From Lingula anatina (Eukaryota > Animalia > Brachiopoda): a DNA stretch of 64,000 nt. Position numbers and translations under genes: made by a program. The DNA lies in NCBI GenBank assembly GCA_051362555.1, contig CM120641.1:4154001-4218000 (forward strand), read 5' to 3'. This document shows positions 1 through 12,228 of this stretch, piece by piece (within the stretch, counting starts at the first letter, position 1; each line of letters begins with the position of its first letter). The notes beneath the pieces are model-generated. The model saw only the letters and a program-made list of their open reading frames with translations. It was not told where the DNA came from and searched no databases.

Positions 1-1400
1 GTGAGAAGGATAATTTCAAACCCCTTTCAGTTTATCTTACCTCACGTGAACTTAAGATAGATTAAATCACTGCGTTAAAAACTATTTGTAAATAAATTAT
101 TTACAGAGCATTTTAATATTGTTGTGGGTAGAAGGCGGTATACTTCCCTTCCCCCTCCTGTCTCACACTGGATCTGTAGGAAACCACTTATCTAAATCTT
201 TACCTCAGTATCACCTTTAAATAACACTGGAATGCAGTTAAGTATTTATTTTATTGTCTTCTAGTGACAGCGGTGACTGGGCATTTATTATGCATCTTGT
301 AAAAATGCCAAGGAGCCGTTACTGGGGACCCATACGGCCCTGATAAATAGCTTATTAAATTGCTGGTCATTTTACTTTGAACACACCCATGGCCAGCTGA
401 ATATGGGCAGCTTTTGAGCTGATTTTCTTGTTTTTTCTTTTTCTTTACCTTTTTTTCTAACACAATTATGGAGATGTCAATATTAATTTTTCTTAAGAAG
501 TCTTTAAACAGCAGTGAGTCATTATCAATGTTTATAAATACCATAGTTCCATTGCAGATATTTTCATAAAGTTTCTTTTTATCTATTTATTTTATTTATT
601 TATTTTTTTTTTGTTTTGTTTTGTTTATGAATTATATATCCGGAACTATAAAAAGGCTTTATCGCTACAGATTTCCACCCAAACAATAAGCATTGAATAT
701 CCTCATAGGTATTGTAACACAGAAAGAATTTATGAAACTATTTAGTACTTTGGCCTACAGGCATTGTTTCGACCCCCACCCAATTATTGCCAATTATGAC
801 TGAAATGATTTGTGCCAGTCTTCGGGTCTACACTGACCTTTCATCAGAATTTGTAGGTATAAAATAACTTTTTGTTCAAACTTCCAAATAATTTTGTTAC
901 TGTTTTAAGGTCTCGTCTAACCTTTAATCAAAAGCCACGTGAATGATATGAATATCTTTGCTTAATTGCATTAACCTTCCCTTCAAATTTGTTACAATTT
1001 GTAAAACTTGTATCTCAGATAAATACTAAAATTTAAAAAGTCTGATGATATATTAATCTCACTTTAAAGAATTCAAAGTGACCAGAAAAGGGCAGAAGAG
1101 ACATAATCGGGGTCAAACTTTCTTCAATATATGAAACAATCATATAGGTAAATTATACAAAACTTTAACATAAAAAAGGCCTATATTGTATGCTCTAAGG
1201 ACTGCAGTGCATGTGAATTCTTGCATGTTTTTTGTTCTGTGACAAATTTTTTACAGGATCTCAGCTGAAGGTGACAAATTGTAAGTCACACATGCAGGTG
1301 TTGTTGACAATGTGTCTGCTGCTACTGAACACTGGAACACAGGTGGTGGTCTGCATGGAACAGGAAACTTCAAGGATGACTTTTAAATCAAAGGTCAAAA

Positions 1401-1441
1401 GTGTGTGTGTATGTGTGTGTGTGTGTGTGTGGGGGGGGGGT
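1401..1441. repeat. (GT)n microsatellite plus G run
   Basis: Read directly from the sequence. Confidence 0.9.
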
Positions 1442-1744
1442 GTATGTGTTTTCATATGCTTGCACACCTGCATGTGTGAGTGCATAATTATATGTTTTTG
1501 TCCTAGGTACATCTGTGGGGAAAAATGGGAAATCAAATAAAATTACATATTTTTGGTGTAGTAGTGTCTTTACCTTTTTTGCAATTCATTATTTCCTTTT
1601 ATTTCATTCACATAAATATGTTTCATTTTTGAAATTCAAAACTAAACTCACTTGTGACAAAGAAGCTTTAAAATCACAAAAATAGAAATAAAAAGTAAAC
1701 AAAAAAAAAAAAAGAAAAGAAAAAACTGTCACTGAATTCTTTAC

Positions 1745-4700
1745 CTTATCCAGTGCTGCCTTCTCCCTGACCAGTTCCTGCTGTAACTCCTCCTCCAGTT
1801 TCTGAATGGTCACCATCTCTTCTTTTAGTTTCACAGCATTCTTCCTCTTAGCTTCCAGAAGCTTGTTCTGTAGTCTGCGCACCGTTTGTTCCTGTTTCTG
1901 CCTGGCATACTCTGCCTCTCGTACTTTATTGTATAAGCTGTGCTCATACTCTTCTGCTTTAGTTACTGTTTTCTGTAAGTCAAGTGTAGGATTTTTCATT
2001 AAATTTATTTTGACATGGTTTAGATAATATAGATTTCAATATAGAGTATAAAAAAAGCATACCACACAGCAATTAAAAAGATTATAACTTGTAACCATGT
2101 AGTTAAAAAATATACAGGTATATTGGTTTGGCATAAAAAAATCAAGATGCATCTGATTAATCAATTTACATTTGTTTGGTAATATCTTCTCTTTTTCTAA
2201 ACACAAAAAAGTGATAAATATTCATTTAAATACTTGGAAAAATGAAATAAAATTTTAAATAAATAAATTGCACATTAAAAGTTGGACAATAAGCCTTACA
2301 TAGGGTAGCACTTTTACACAACAATAACAAATAGTACTACTACTATTATTACTTATAATAATAATAATAATAATAATAATAGTAAACACCTACCTGAAAA
2401 TGTCTAAGATGGTCTTCATGTTCCCTTCGTCTTGCCTCAATAAACCTTTTCTGGAATCTCTCTGAGTACTGGTTCTCCATTATCTCACTCTTTTCCTTCT
2501 TCTCCTTCACTGCTTGCCTCAGTCTTGATACTTTTCTGGCATCATGAGCCTATATGGAAAAATTTCGAAAGTTAAATCATAAGAATACAGAAGAGGACAT
2601 GACAAAATTCAGTTTTTTCTAATAATGCTGAAAAAATATATAGTAACTGCTGACATATGCAGGGAAATTTCAAAATAAGTAATAAATTTAGAAAATCCTT
2701 CAAAGATAAGACTTCTAGCATGTTCAATGCAGCAGATCTAGCAGTTTAGCTAGTGACTGACAGGTGGTTTAATTTTTTGTATCACATTTAAGAAAGGCCT
2801 AGCATCTGCTTTGAGCTAAACAACAAATACTGTACTTATGAAATTTGTATTTTTCTTTAAGACTCTATTATAAAATGGTGCCCAGTGTTGTTTCATGCTG
2901 TAATCAAATCTTTCATGCCACAGCCTGAAACCACTTTAAAGTTCTAGGTTAAAATACCTCTTGCCTCACTGAAATATGCCTAAGCACATCATCATTCTTA
3001 AATCACATCACTGACAACATAATTAAAGGGCAAATGTATACTTATGTGGTCTCTCTATATCTTTATTACTATGATAAGATTACATGTACTTCAGTATGAA
3101 AATTCACTACATGATATGAATGATAAATCTGCTATCTCATTTTTCCCCAATAGGTGCATACTAGGCGAGGTGAATTTAGCCTCACATCTGGAGGGTTTTA
3201 AAGAATTCTTTAAATGCAAATTTCATAACGCAAAATGGGTGATGTACAATTTGATTTGACTTTGGAAAACAATTAAGATGGATGAAATACTGTTTGCGTA
3301 CCTGTAGACAGCAGGGCACACTTTTTGAACTTTTTTTTTTTATACAAAAATATGTCACAAATGTCACAACCTGTGGGTGCTATTTACGTACATGTAAGTT
3401 CTGCTCAATTTGCTTGGCCTTGAGATCTAACTCTGCATGGAGTGCTGCCTGATTGAGCTGGCGTTGAATATTGCTGTTGTCCTCAAGTCTAATCTGTGTG
3501 TCTTGTAAATGGCGCCCCTCTAGAAAATAGATTGATATTAATTAATTTTTCTTCACTTGAAAATGAAATTACATTTAAAAAATGGTTATTCTGTCATATT
3601 GCCTGAAAAATTCAGAAAAATCTATCTAAATATGGATTGAATGACAATAAATTTTGCCTTTTCATTAGAGCCTAGGGTAAAACTTATTCTATTACCAAAC
3701 ACAAAAGGTAAAAAAAGAAAAACATTAATAACGAAGCAGGCATCAAATAAGAAAAAAATAGAGAAATCTAATCTTTGACAATAATATATTTCTCTCATAT
3801 TTTTGTTATTTTAACAAATAGCAAAGCTGTAAAAGGTAAATTAAAATGTCACCTTCTCTTCCTTTCAAATTGAGGTGAGCCTTGGTCAGGGTGAGATCTG
3901 CACTCAGTTTACGGCGGTTCATCAGAGCTGTTTTTACATTGGAATCACTTTTCCTGCAGACAAAAAACAAAGAATCTTCAAGTTACAATACTTTATATGA
4001 AATTAATGTTTATTACACAGCCAGATGTCAGATTTGATAGGATTTTTTTTCTAGAAGTTAATGTGACAAAAACACTTCCTACAAATACATTTTAGCAACA
4101 TTTACTGGTTTCTGTATATACATAAATACTTTAGATCAGTTCTGGAGCCAGTTAATCCTTGTTAATCAGTGAACAATAGACATCTAATCCTCTAAGCTTG
4201 ATAATCTTATTTGTGGATTAATCCTTATTCCCACTACTTACGTCAGTTTGTGATCTAAAGTCCTTTGCATTGTCAGATCTTCATCTATTCGCTGCTTGTT
4301 CTCCTTCTTGCTATCTCTGAAATATTAAGTTTAATTACAATTTAACCACATCAGGGATCAAGAATTAAGTAATACTTGGTAATACTGTGTACCAATTAGA
4401 AACCAAAATATTTCTCTGGCCCCCTCCCCCTTGAACTTTTTCTTCAACTTCTCCTCAAAAATAAGGGTGGAGAAAACTAAGAAGAAGACAAAATTCCAGC
4501 TATGCAATTTAAGTTTTAAAACTTTCCACCATACTCTAATTTTTTCAACCTGTGACAAATCTAAAATTTTCATATCATGAACCTTTACTAACCCTTAACT
4601 TTGTCAAAATATGCATACACAGTTACAGGGGATAATTGAAGATGGAATATGGAAATAAAGAATATTATAAGTCAATATGCATTCAGATTGACAAGGGATA

Positions 4701-7700
4701 ATTAAAGATGGAATTAAAGAATGTCATAAGTCATGAAATGGACAACTGTCATTATATGGTACTGTCTGAACCATCTGTAAACTACCAGATCAATCAGTGC
4801 TGCATAGTTATAGTTTATATTCCATCTTGACTAAGGGCTCATTGCCATTGAAGCTATCAGTCTACGTAGATTGCTCCAACTGAGTGGGAACTTTCACTGA
4901 ATGCAATCACTTTCATAGATTAACATGCCTCCTGGTATTGAGTAGAATACAGAAAAGCTGGTAATTATACAAGTACTTTGGAAAGAAGAGGAGGCGTGAT
5001 AATATGTTAAACTGATTGCATTCAGTAAGAGTCCCCACAGAGCTGGAACAATCTACATAGACCAACAGCTACATTGGAAATGAGCCCTAAGAGGCCCATC
5101 AGGTTACATTTAAGGACAAAAATGCATTTTTCAAAAACTTAAATTTTTTTTTATTTAGTGCCACACTGAATCCGTTCATACGTTAATAATCTTGACCAGA
5201 AATTGACTAAACTGCATCACCAAATATCATTAAATAACTACCGTAGATTACATGAGGACTCTTTAGACCTTAAAATTCCAATTAAATCCAACTGATTATA
5301 TAACAAACAGTAAAGCAGCTAGTACAGTTTTTATTTAAAAATAGATTTCTGGCCCAAGTGTATGCAAGTCTCCTGTGAGAAGAATAGATTGACAATTTCT
5401 CATTCATTGTCAACTTGTCTTTGCAGAGCCCTATACCAAACCATGCTAAGGGCCCACTCCAAATGAGTTAAGTGCCAATAGCTAGTGTGCAGTAACTCCA
5501 TGGGGACTCTTGCTGAATGCAATCAGATTAACAGATTAACACAACTCCACTTATTTCCAGCATTACTCAAATAATCACCAGTTTTTCTTTATGTTCTACT
5601 TAATGTCAGGAGGAGGCATATTATTCTGTTAATCTCATTGCATTCAGCTGGAGTCCCCATAGAGTTAGTGCGTCGCCTGTTGTGATCTAACACATACTGA
5701 ACGGCCCCTTATTCTGAGACCACACAGACCACACCAAATCCAGGCTAATACAAACCAGCCTTGTTGCTGGCGTGTGGGAGGAACCAATAAAATACTGTGT
5801 GATTATTTTCTCCCGCACATCTGGTGGAAGACAAAAGGTTGTTATTAATGGCAGGATATAGCCCTCTTGCATGTCTCACTGCTCTAAAAGATGGCATAAC
5901 TCAAATAAAGGACAACATTTTTTATTTCCAATCTACAGTCATTCATAAATCTGTTGGTGTCCTCACACAATGCACTTGTGACTATATTTCTAAACGCTTT
6001 TTTTAAATATATAATAGCCTATAATTAAATGATAAGGTATAACTTTTCCCCTTTCTGTATGATATGACTAATTCTTGTATTTTCAACTCCTGACCTTAAT
6101 TCTGACATTCTATTTATTGTGCATTTGTTTTCCCATTTTAAGAAATGATGAGTAAGATCAACATATTTAGATACTAATGGCAATATTTCTGTATGATATC
6201 ACTGCTATTCATATAATCTACTTTTTCTTTTGGATGTTATGGCTAATTATTGTGCCAGCAATGCACTGTTATCTGTGATACTCAATACTTACTAGTGCAT
6301 TTTTAACTGTCATCACCTAATTATGAATATCTTAATGAATAAACTGAATGCACAAAGTACAACTTACATAATTTTACTTTGCATTTTTACCCTGTATCAT
6401 CCTTGTCAGGGATTTTAATACTGAAGTTTAAGATTGAAGAGAAATTTTGCCAAACATTTTTCATAAAAAAACAAAGATATTACCTATTCTAACAATATTA
6501 TAACAGGGTGTGGTCCATGTACTGTATGTAATGCAGAGAATTATGAAGGGAAAAACATTTAAATCTAACTATCCAGAAAAAAAGACAACACTTCTTTATG
6601 CCCCACCCTCATATTTCAATATGTTATCCAAGTAACATGAAAGTAAATATTGGGTGTGGGTATGCCTGGGGGGAGGGTGGGAGTCACTTCCAAACTTGAC
6701 ATTAAACTTACACTACCAAGGTGACAATCACACTTAAAGTTTGTAAATGGCATAATTTAATTCTAACTTTTCAACATCAGGCAGATGGATTATTTCATTG
6801 TCTGTCTAGAAATACATGTCAACAGTTACGAGTTTGTCAAGAGAGTTTCTCCAACTTAATAATGATAGCATCTATTTAGCAGTGCCTGCATGGATTAATT
6901 ATCTTAAAAGAGAACAGCGCCACATTGACACTGCTCATTGATACAAAGATGTGGGCAATTCACACACTGAGTTCTGTTACTCCCTTGTTGCACTCAAATA
7001 TGAAAAAGGTCTGTAACATACATCTATCATGATCAACATTTTGGCAAGTCTTAATAACTTTCTTATGTTAACTGATAACAAATTTTATATAAAGGCTACT
7101 TGTATGGATGGATGCTGTGGACTAGGCCAGATTTAATAGAATTATCTGATGTGTTGACACATCTGATTGACTCCAAAACACAGAGAGGAAAAACAGGACC
7201 GATTCATGTGAACTGCTTTGTACATGCTGCAGCACAGAAGCTCCCAGGACTATTTTTCTCCCTTAATGATGATGATGATGAGCGTGCTATGATGGCACAT
7301 CTGATTCAATAGGATGAGGGTGGGACAATACAATGTGTCCTATTACTGTCCTTATTTATATCACAGAACACATCAGGACAATCAGCCTGTTGAAATGACT
7401 TCTTTCTTGTTTTATTGCTTCTAAATTCAAGTTGCGTGACAGAATGCCTAATTGTTTGCCTGGATGTTGTGATTGAAATTTTCATCAGCACCACTTGCAA
7501 TTCTTAAGCTCAAGTAGAAAATTTCAATCTACTTACTACTAAATGTCAAGTATGCAAAACTTGAATCATGAACCCTTTGTCAGAATTGAATTAAAAATGC
7601 ACAGAATAAGGAAAATATGAAAACAATAGTTTCATGATTTTAAAAGAAAATTCAAATTCGAAGTAAAAGTGAATTTTTACTCAGCTAATACTTTGCACAG

Positions 7701-10700
7701 TGGCTTATATTTCAAAATAAAACGGTAAACAAACAAAAAGAAAATAAATACAGATGGATGGGACACAAATTGGACTGACATTAACCTTTGGGTCAATTTT
7801 GTGGTCATGTCAGCAATTTTTAAACCTGCTATCCCATAAATATATCTGATAAGCAACAAACCTACTGAAGAGATAAGGGTACCTTTTTTTAATCTCTAAG
7901 ATATCATACCTCTGGGCATCCTCCTTGATAGATCTGCCTTTCTGAGCCTCCATATTTAAAGATATGGACAGTTCTGCTAGCTCTTGCTTTAGCCGAAACT
8001 GCTCTTCCTGAAAAATAAAATAAATGTATTGTATTTTTAACCTTAACACTGCAGTCTGTTTTTTTTCTGACAAATGCATAATAATTTAAGTGTTTAGATA
8101 AAGCCATGTGGTCTTTTAACTACATAATGTAGTATTGAAACAACACGAGGCTTTAAACTTTTAAAATGTAACTACTGTATGAGCAAAACATTTAGCTAGA
8201 CAATCTGCAGAAAAAGATTATGTTTGAAGCTTAGGAATAAAATTGTGCTTTTTCTACATTTCTTTCTAACTAAAGTAGAATATTGTTCATTCTTTACAGA
8301 TGTGTAACAGACCTCTTTCTTTTTCATCTTCAGATCAAATTCTTGTTGAATTTTCATCAGTTCTATTCTTCGTAGTTCCATCTCACTCATTTTGCTTTTA
8401 TACTTACGAGCAAGATCTGACCTTTAAATAAAAAACAAGTAACTTCAAATTAATTCACCAAGATAAACTGTAATTCTTAAGTTGAACTAAACAGTTAAAT
8501 AGAGTAACAGCTAGTAGTTCTGGCTACCTGGTAAAAGCCGTATACATGTGTAAATGTGTTTATATGTGTAAATGTGTGTAGTTCTTTTTCTAAATGATAT
8601 ATATTTCACTTAGAAAAGGGACTATTCTTCAATTCAGGAGAACCAAAAAGACTGACATACTGAAGTTTATATGCAAATCATAAATACATATTGCATGTCA
8701 CTCATATCAAACAACTACATTACTTCATCATTATGTGCAGTTGAAGCCAAATGTGTTAGATGTGCCAAAGAGCACATCCAATCATTTCTGATTGCACCTG
8801 GAGAAGGAATCTGTTGTTATAAACTATTTTTGACTATCACATAGGGCTGTAAAAATTATTTCTTTCTCTAATGAATGAGAACAATTGAATAAAGGTTTTA
8901 ACAGTATTCTTACTTGGCTAGCTCAACTTTTCTTCCCTTATCCTTGAGAGAGTTATCAAAACTAATTGATTTTTCAGTTCTTTGTTTTGTAAGCTCCTCT
9001 TTCTGGTGAACATGATCTCGCTGCAAGTTAGTGTATTTTTCCATTCCTTGGTTAAACTTGCGATCCTCTAGAAATCTTTTCTTAGCAATAGCTGGTAAAA
9101 AAAAATAAAACAATATAATTAAATTTATCACATGCAAATGAATTCTATATATGTCTCTTTTTCACTGGATCAATTGTGATTTTCAAGTTACATAAATAAA
9201 CTACATGTGTATTGTATGTCTGGCAATAAACATATTCCTTGCTTTTCTTTAAATGCACTTCAAAAGAAAAGCATTTATATAGAGACTAAGTTCTGATCTA
9301 ATTTTTGTTAATCTTCTTTAACAGCAATTAAGAAAAATCTTTTGTCTACTTTTTTGTTCTAAACTGAAGCAAACTAAAGTAATTTTCACCTTGTTCAAAA
9401 TCTTTCAATGACCTCCTGACAGATCTTTAATTTTTGTTTATCTTCTTTAACAGCAATTAAGAAAAATCTTTTGTCTACTTTTTTGTTCTAAACTGAAGCA
9501 AACTAAAGTAATTTTCACCTTGTTCAAAATCTTTCAATGACCTCCTGACAGATCTTTGATTTTTGATAATATCTCCTTCAACTCTCTTCAGCTCTCGCTC
9601 CTCCTGCTTGTGTTGCCACATGTGATCCTAGAAATATAGTACAAAATAATGGTACAGAATATAGTACAGTATACAGTACAAATTAGAATAAAAAATTAAA
9701 CAAGAGTTGATATCATAAAACTCATGAAATACTGTACATAGCAAGCATAAAATATATAATATCATACAATAGAAAATAAAATACAAAGAAAAAGTTTAAT
9801 AAAATATGTAGAGGAAAAGACTTCTATTGGGAAAAGATTCAACAGCTTGGCATAACATTGTGTTTTGAAAACTCCTCACAGAATAAAAATATAACTGTCC
9901 ATGTTCTACCAATGATCCCACTGCTTTCCATATTTAATTACTAGTACATGCCATGCCCTGAGTTAAGGCCTGGCAGTGGTGGAAGGACAGCTAAGAAAGA
10001 TATCATTTGCCTCCTATAACAAGAATCAATAAATCATTAAATCCCATCAAGAAGGATAGACCTAAAGAACTACAATGTCCATACCTCCACTAATCGGATG
10101 CGCTTTTCATAGTCCTTCTGGTCCTGTTCAATTTTCTGGGCCAAGTCCACGACACTGCGTGGTGTGGCTCCTGGGCTCCTTGGTGACTTGCCTTCCTTTA
10201 CATTAAATGTATGAGTGTACTTGGAGGAATCCAAAAAGCCATCTGGTCCACACTTTCTCTCTGTCTCCCTTAAATTAAAATAAATCCACTGTTAACTGCT
10301 GATGGTATCAATTTATTCTACAAACATATATGACAAATATGTTAATATGAAATTCACTCACATGTTGAAAAAAGGCTGATATATTTTACAAACAACAAGT
10401 TACAGAGGTAGAAAGTGTGACAGTGTTTTCTATCCAGATTATTTTTTTCCATAAAAACATTGACAAGCATGTGTCCTGCAAGATGATTTTGGTTCCCCCA
10501 CGGAAAGAATTATGTGAAATCATTTTGATATGTTCTGGGACCAGTGTCACACAGGAACTTAAAATCAAAATTTGGTCATAAAATTTGACAAAACATTTTC
10601 AGTCTACTTTGACCGATGGTAATCCGTGCAAGTCTACTTGATTGAAATATATTGACTCTACTTCATAAAAAGAAAGACATGGCTAAAGTCATAGACCAAC

Positions 10701-11003
10701 AGTTCTTCATATTCTAACTTAGTAGACTACCATGTACTGGTATTTATCATGAATTAAAGTAGACTTTAGCTGAAATTTTTTGTCTAAAGGTTAAGTCCAT
10801 TTGTCAGTCTTCAGTTCTTTTGTGAAATTATCTCTTGTGTCAAGAACCAATACATACTTTAGGAAGGCAGCATATTCCTTGGCTTCTTTTGATTTTTCAT
10901 CCTCCTCATCTGAATCTGGTGGAGGGCTCCCAGGCCGCTTGATAGACATGTAGCGGCTGTGCATTAGGGGGTGACGATTGAACGGCAAGTCTGTCAACAC
11001 CAT
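1745..11003 (-). CDS. Uncharacterised E/K/R/Q-rich coiled-coil protein (>=504 aa, 11 coding exons found; 3' end unresolved)
   Basis: In-frame GT-AG exons 11003-10858, 10268-10085, 9627-9519, 9091-8914, 8421-8313, 8007-7910, 4316-4242, 3953-3853, 3519-3392, 2549-2394, 1972-1745 (1512 nt, no stops): MVLTDLPFNRHPLMHSRYMS...DHMWQHKQEERELKRVEGDIIKNQ...ELVREKAALDK. A donor follows 1745 but no convincing next exon was found. Probable 5'UTR exon donor near 11653. Confidence 0.85.
4622..4733. repeat. Short imperfect direct duplication (~65-bp period)
   Basis: GGGATAATT-AAGATGGAAT...TAAAGAAT...ATAAGTCA occurs twice. Confidence 0.7.
4835..5087. mobile_element. Tourist/PIF-Harbinger-type MITE with long imperfect TIRs
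   Basis: About 100-bp inverted arms (GGGCTCATTGCCATTG... / ...CATTGGAAATGAGCCC) flanked on both sides by TAA (4832-4834 and 5088-5090). Confidence 0.75.
5450..5708. mobile_element. Second, more diverged copy of the same MITE family in opposite orientation
   Basis: Shares the GGGGACTCTT-CTGAATGCAATCAG arm. Its central spacer is an imperfect reverse complement of the spacer in the 4835-5087 copy. Ends are taa|GGGCCC...GGCCCC|tta. Confidence 0.65.
9300..9557. repeat. Near-perfect 129-bp tandem duplication including an exon 3' end and splice donor
   Basis: ATCTTCTTTAACAGCAATTAAG starts at 9311 and 9440. Both copies end GACCTCCTGACAGATCTTT (9428 and 9557). Confidence 0.92.
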
Positions 11004-11214
11004 CTTGAACGGGCTGGTAACTACTGGAAAGAAAAACAATGCCACTGAAAACATTCCATTTTTGCTAATGTGCATTATGAACATTCGATATGGGAAATTT
11101 CTTTCCTAGTGGTTATGATTATGGGATAGCCTTGTTTAGTCATCTGTACCAGCAGATTGCTGAGCAGACCAGTGCTAGAAAGAACTGGGGCCAATTATAC
11201 TCCACAGTAAGTCC

Positions 11215-11420
11215 TAGACTGGGTTCTCATCCCTAAATCGATCTAACAGGATCGGTCCATCTCCACAGGGTCCCTCACTAAATTGCTTTCAGCCCAAGCG
11301 ACTTAGACTTCTGGGACACCCACTAAAGCTGCTATTGCTAAACAACAGTTAATCACCCCTATCAGCCTCAGTAAGCATGACAGACATCTAAGCTGCTTAA
11401 GTTAATTGCATTTAGTTCTA
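11215..11420. mobile_element. Degenerate MITE-like element related to 23036-23260
   Basis: Collinear blocks AGACTGGGTT, CTAAATTGCT-TCAGC, TTCTGGGA, CACTAAAG and ACAGACAT-TAAGC are shared with the reverse complement of 23036-23260. Confidence 0.5.
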
Positions 11421-11653
11421 CCCAAAGTTAGTTCGAAACCGGATAGTCTCTAGGCATATCTTCTGATAGACCGGTATATGATAATATAAAGCATATAATA
11501 ATATAAAATTATAAACACATTATATTATTTGATAATTTTTTTATGCTACTGTATGGTAAGCTAATCACTAAATCAGTACCAATTAAGTCTTGGATTAAAT
11601 ACTGATTAGAAATAAAATAACTGCAACAAATTATTAAATCAAAATTATCTTAC

Positions 11654-12228
11654 CAAAAGACGATGATAGTCCTCAATGTTACGGGTTTAGCACCGAAACA
11701 ATTGTGCACTAAACCAATGTTTTGATAAGGTATCGACTGTGCCGTGTCAGTCTGACACACAGGCCTTCACACACCTGCAGTCAACGTCGTCTTGGAGACG
11801 GCTTGCTTCGAGAGTATATTGATGTTCGCGGAGTGCAGGAGATCTCGTTGTTCTACAAGGCAAAAGCCAGAAAAGATTCGTTGCTGCAATTGTTTTAGAA
11901 TTAATTAGAGAGTTTATAAAAGTCGGCAAATACCAAAATATTTCCATATTTTTTATGTAAAATACTCGTAAAATGAGTGGTCGAGAGTATATATAGTCCA
12001 TAGCAACGTTATATTAATGCGCGTCAAATAAAACTTAATATCATATTTTTAAATCTCATAATATCAACCCAATTCTTTTTTTACTTCATCAATATACAAA
12101 TCTGTGTAACTCCTAATATTATTCAACAAAAACTAAGCATATTACATACGGATGCCATGTACAGACAGCGCAAGAATAAATGTTTACTATAGACGTGAGC
12201 AGGTCAAAACAATTTTAGTGACTGAAAG
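11654..12228. promoter_or_regulatory. Putative bidirectional promoter between the coiled-coil gene and CFAP299
   Basis: Divergent genes with local CpG enrichment and an RFX X-box-like GTCCATAGCAAC near 11996-12007. Confidence 0.55.

Noticed and set aside
750-1120. Possible decayed transposon remnant (GTTTCGACCCC / GGGGTCAAAC), with similar-looking stretches at ~10470-10600, ~15600-16360 and ~27860-28080
   Set aside because: Too degenerate to define termini or TSDs by eye.
1253-1600. Candidate terminal exons for the coiled-coil gene
   Set aside because: Weak acceptors, and the translations do not continue the charged helical composition. Left unresolved.
6820-7560. Possible nested gene in the large intron (ORFs 7100-7312 + and 7306-7500 -)
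   Set aside because: No recognisable motifs, non-ATG starts and no consistent splice chain. It may be an old repeat or UTR-like sequence.
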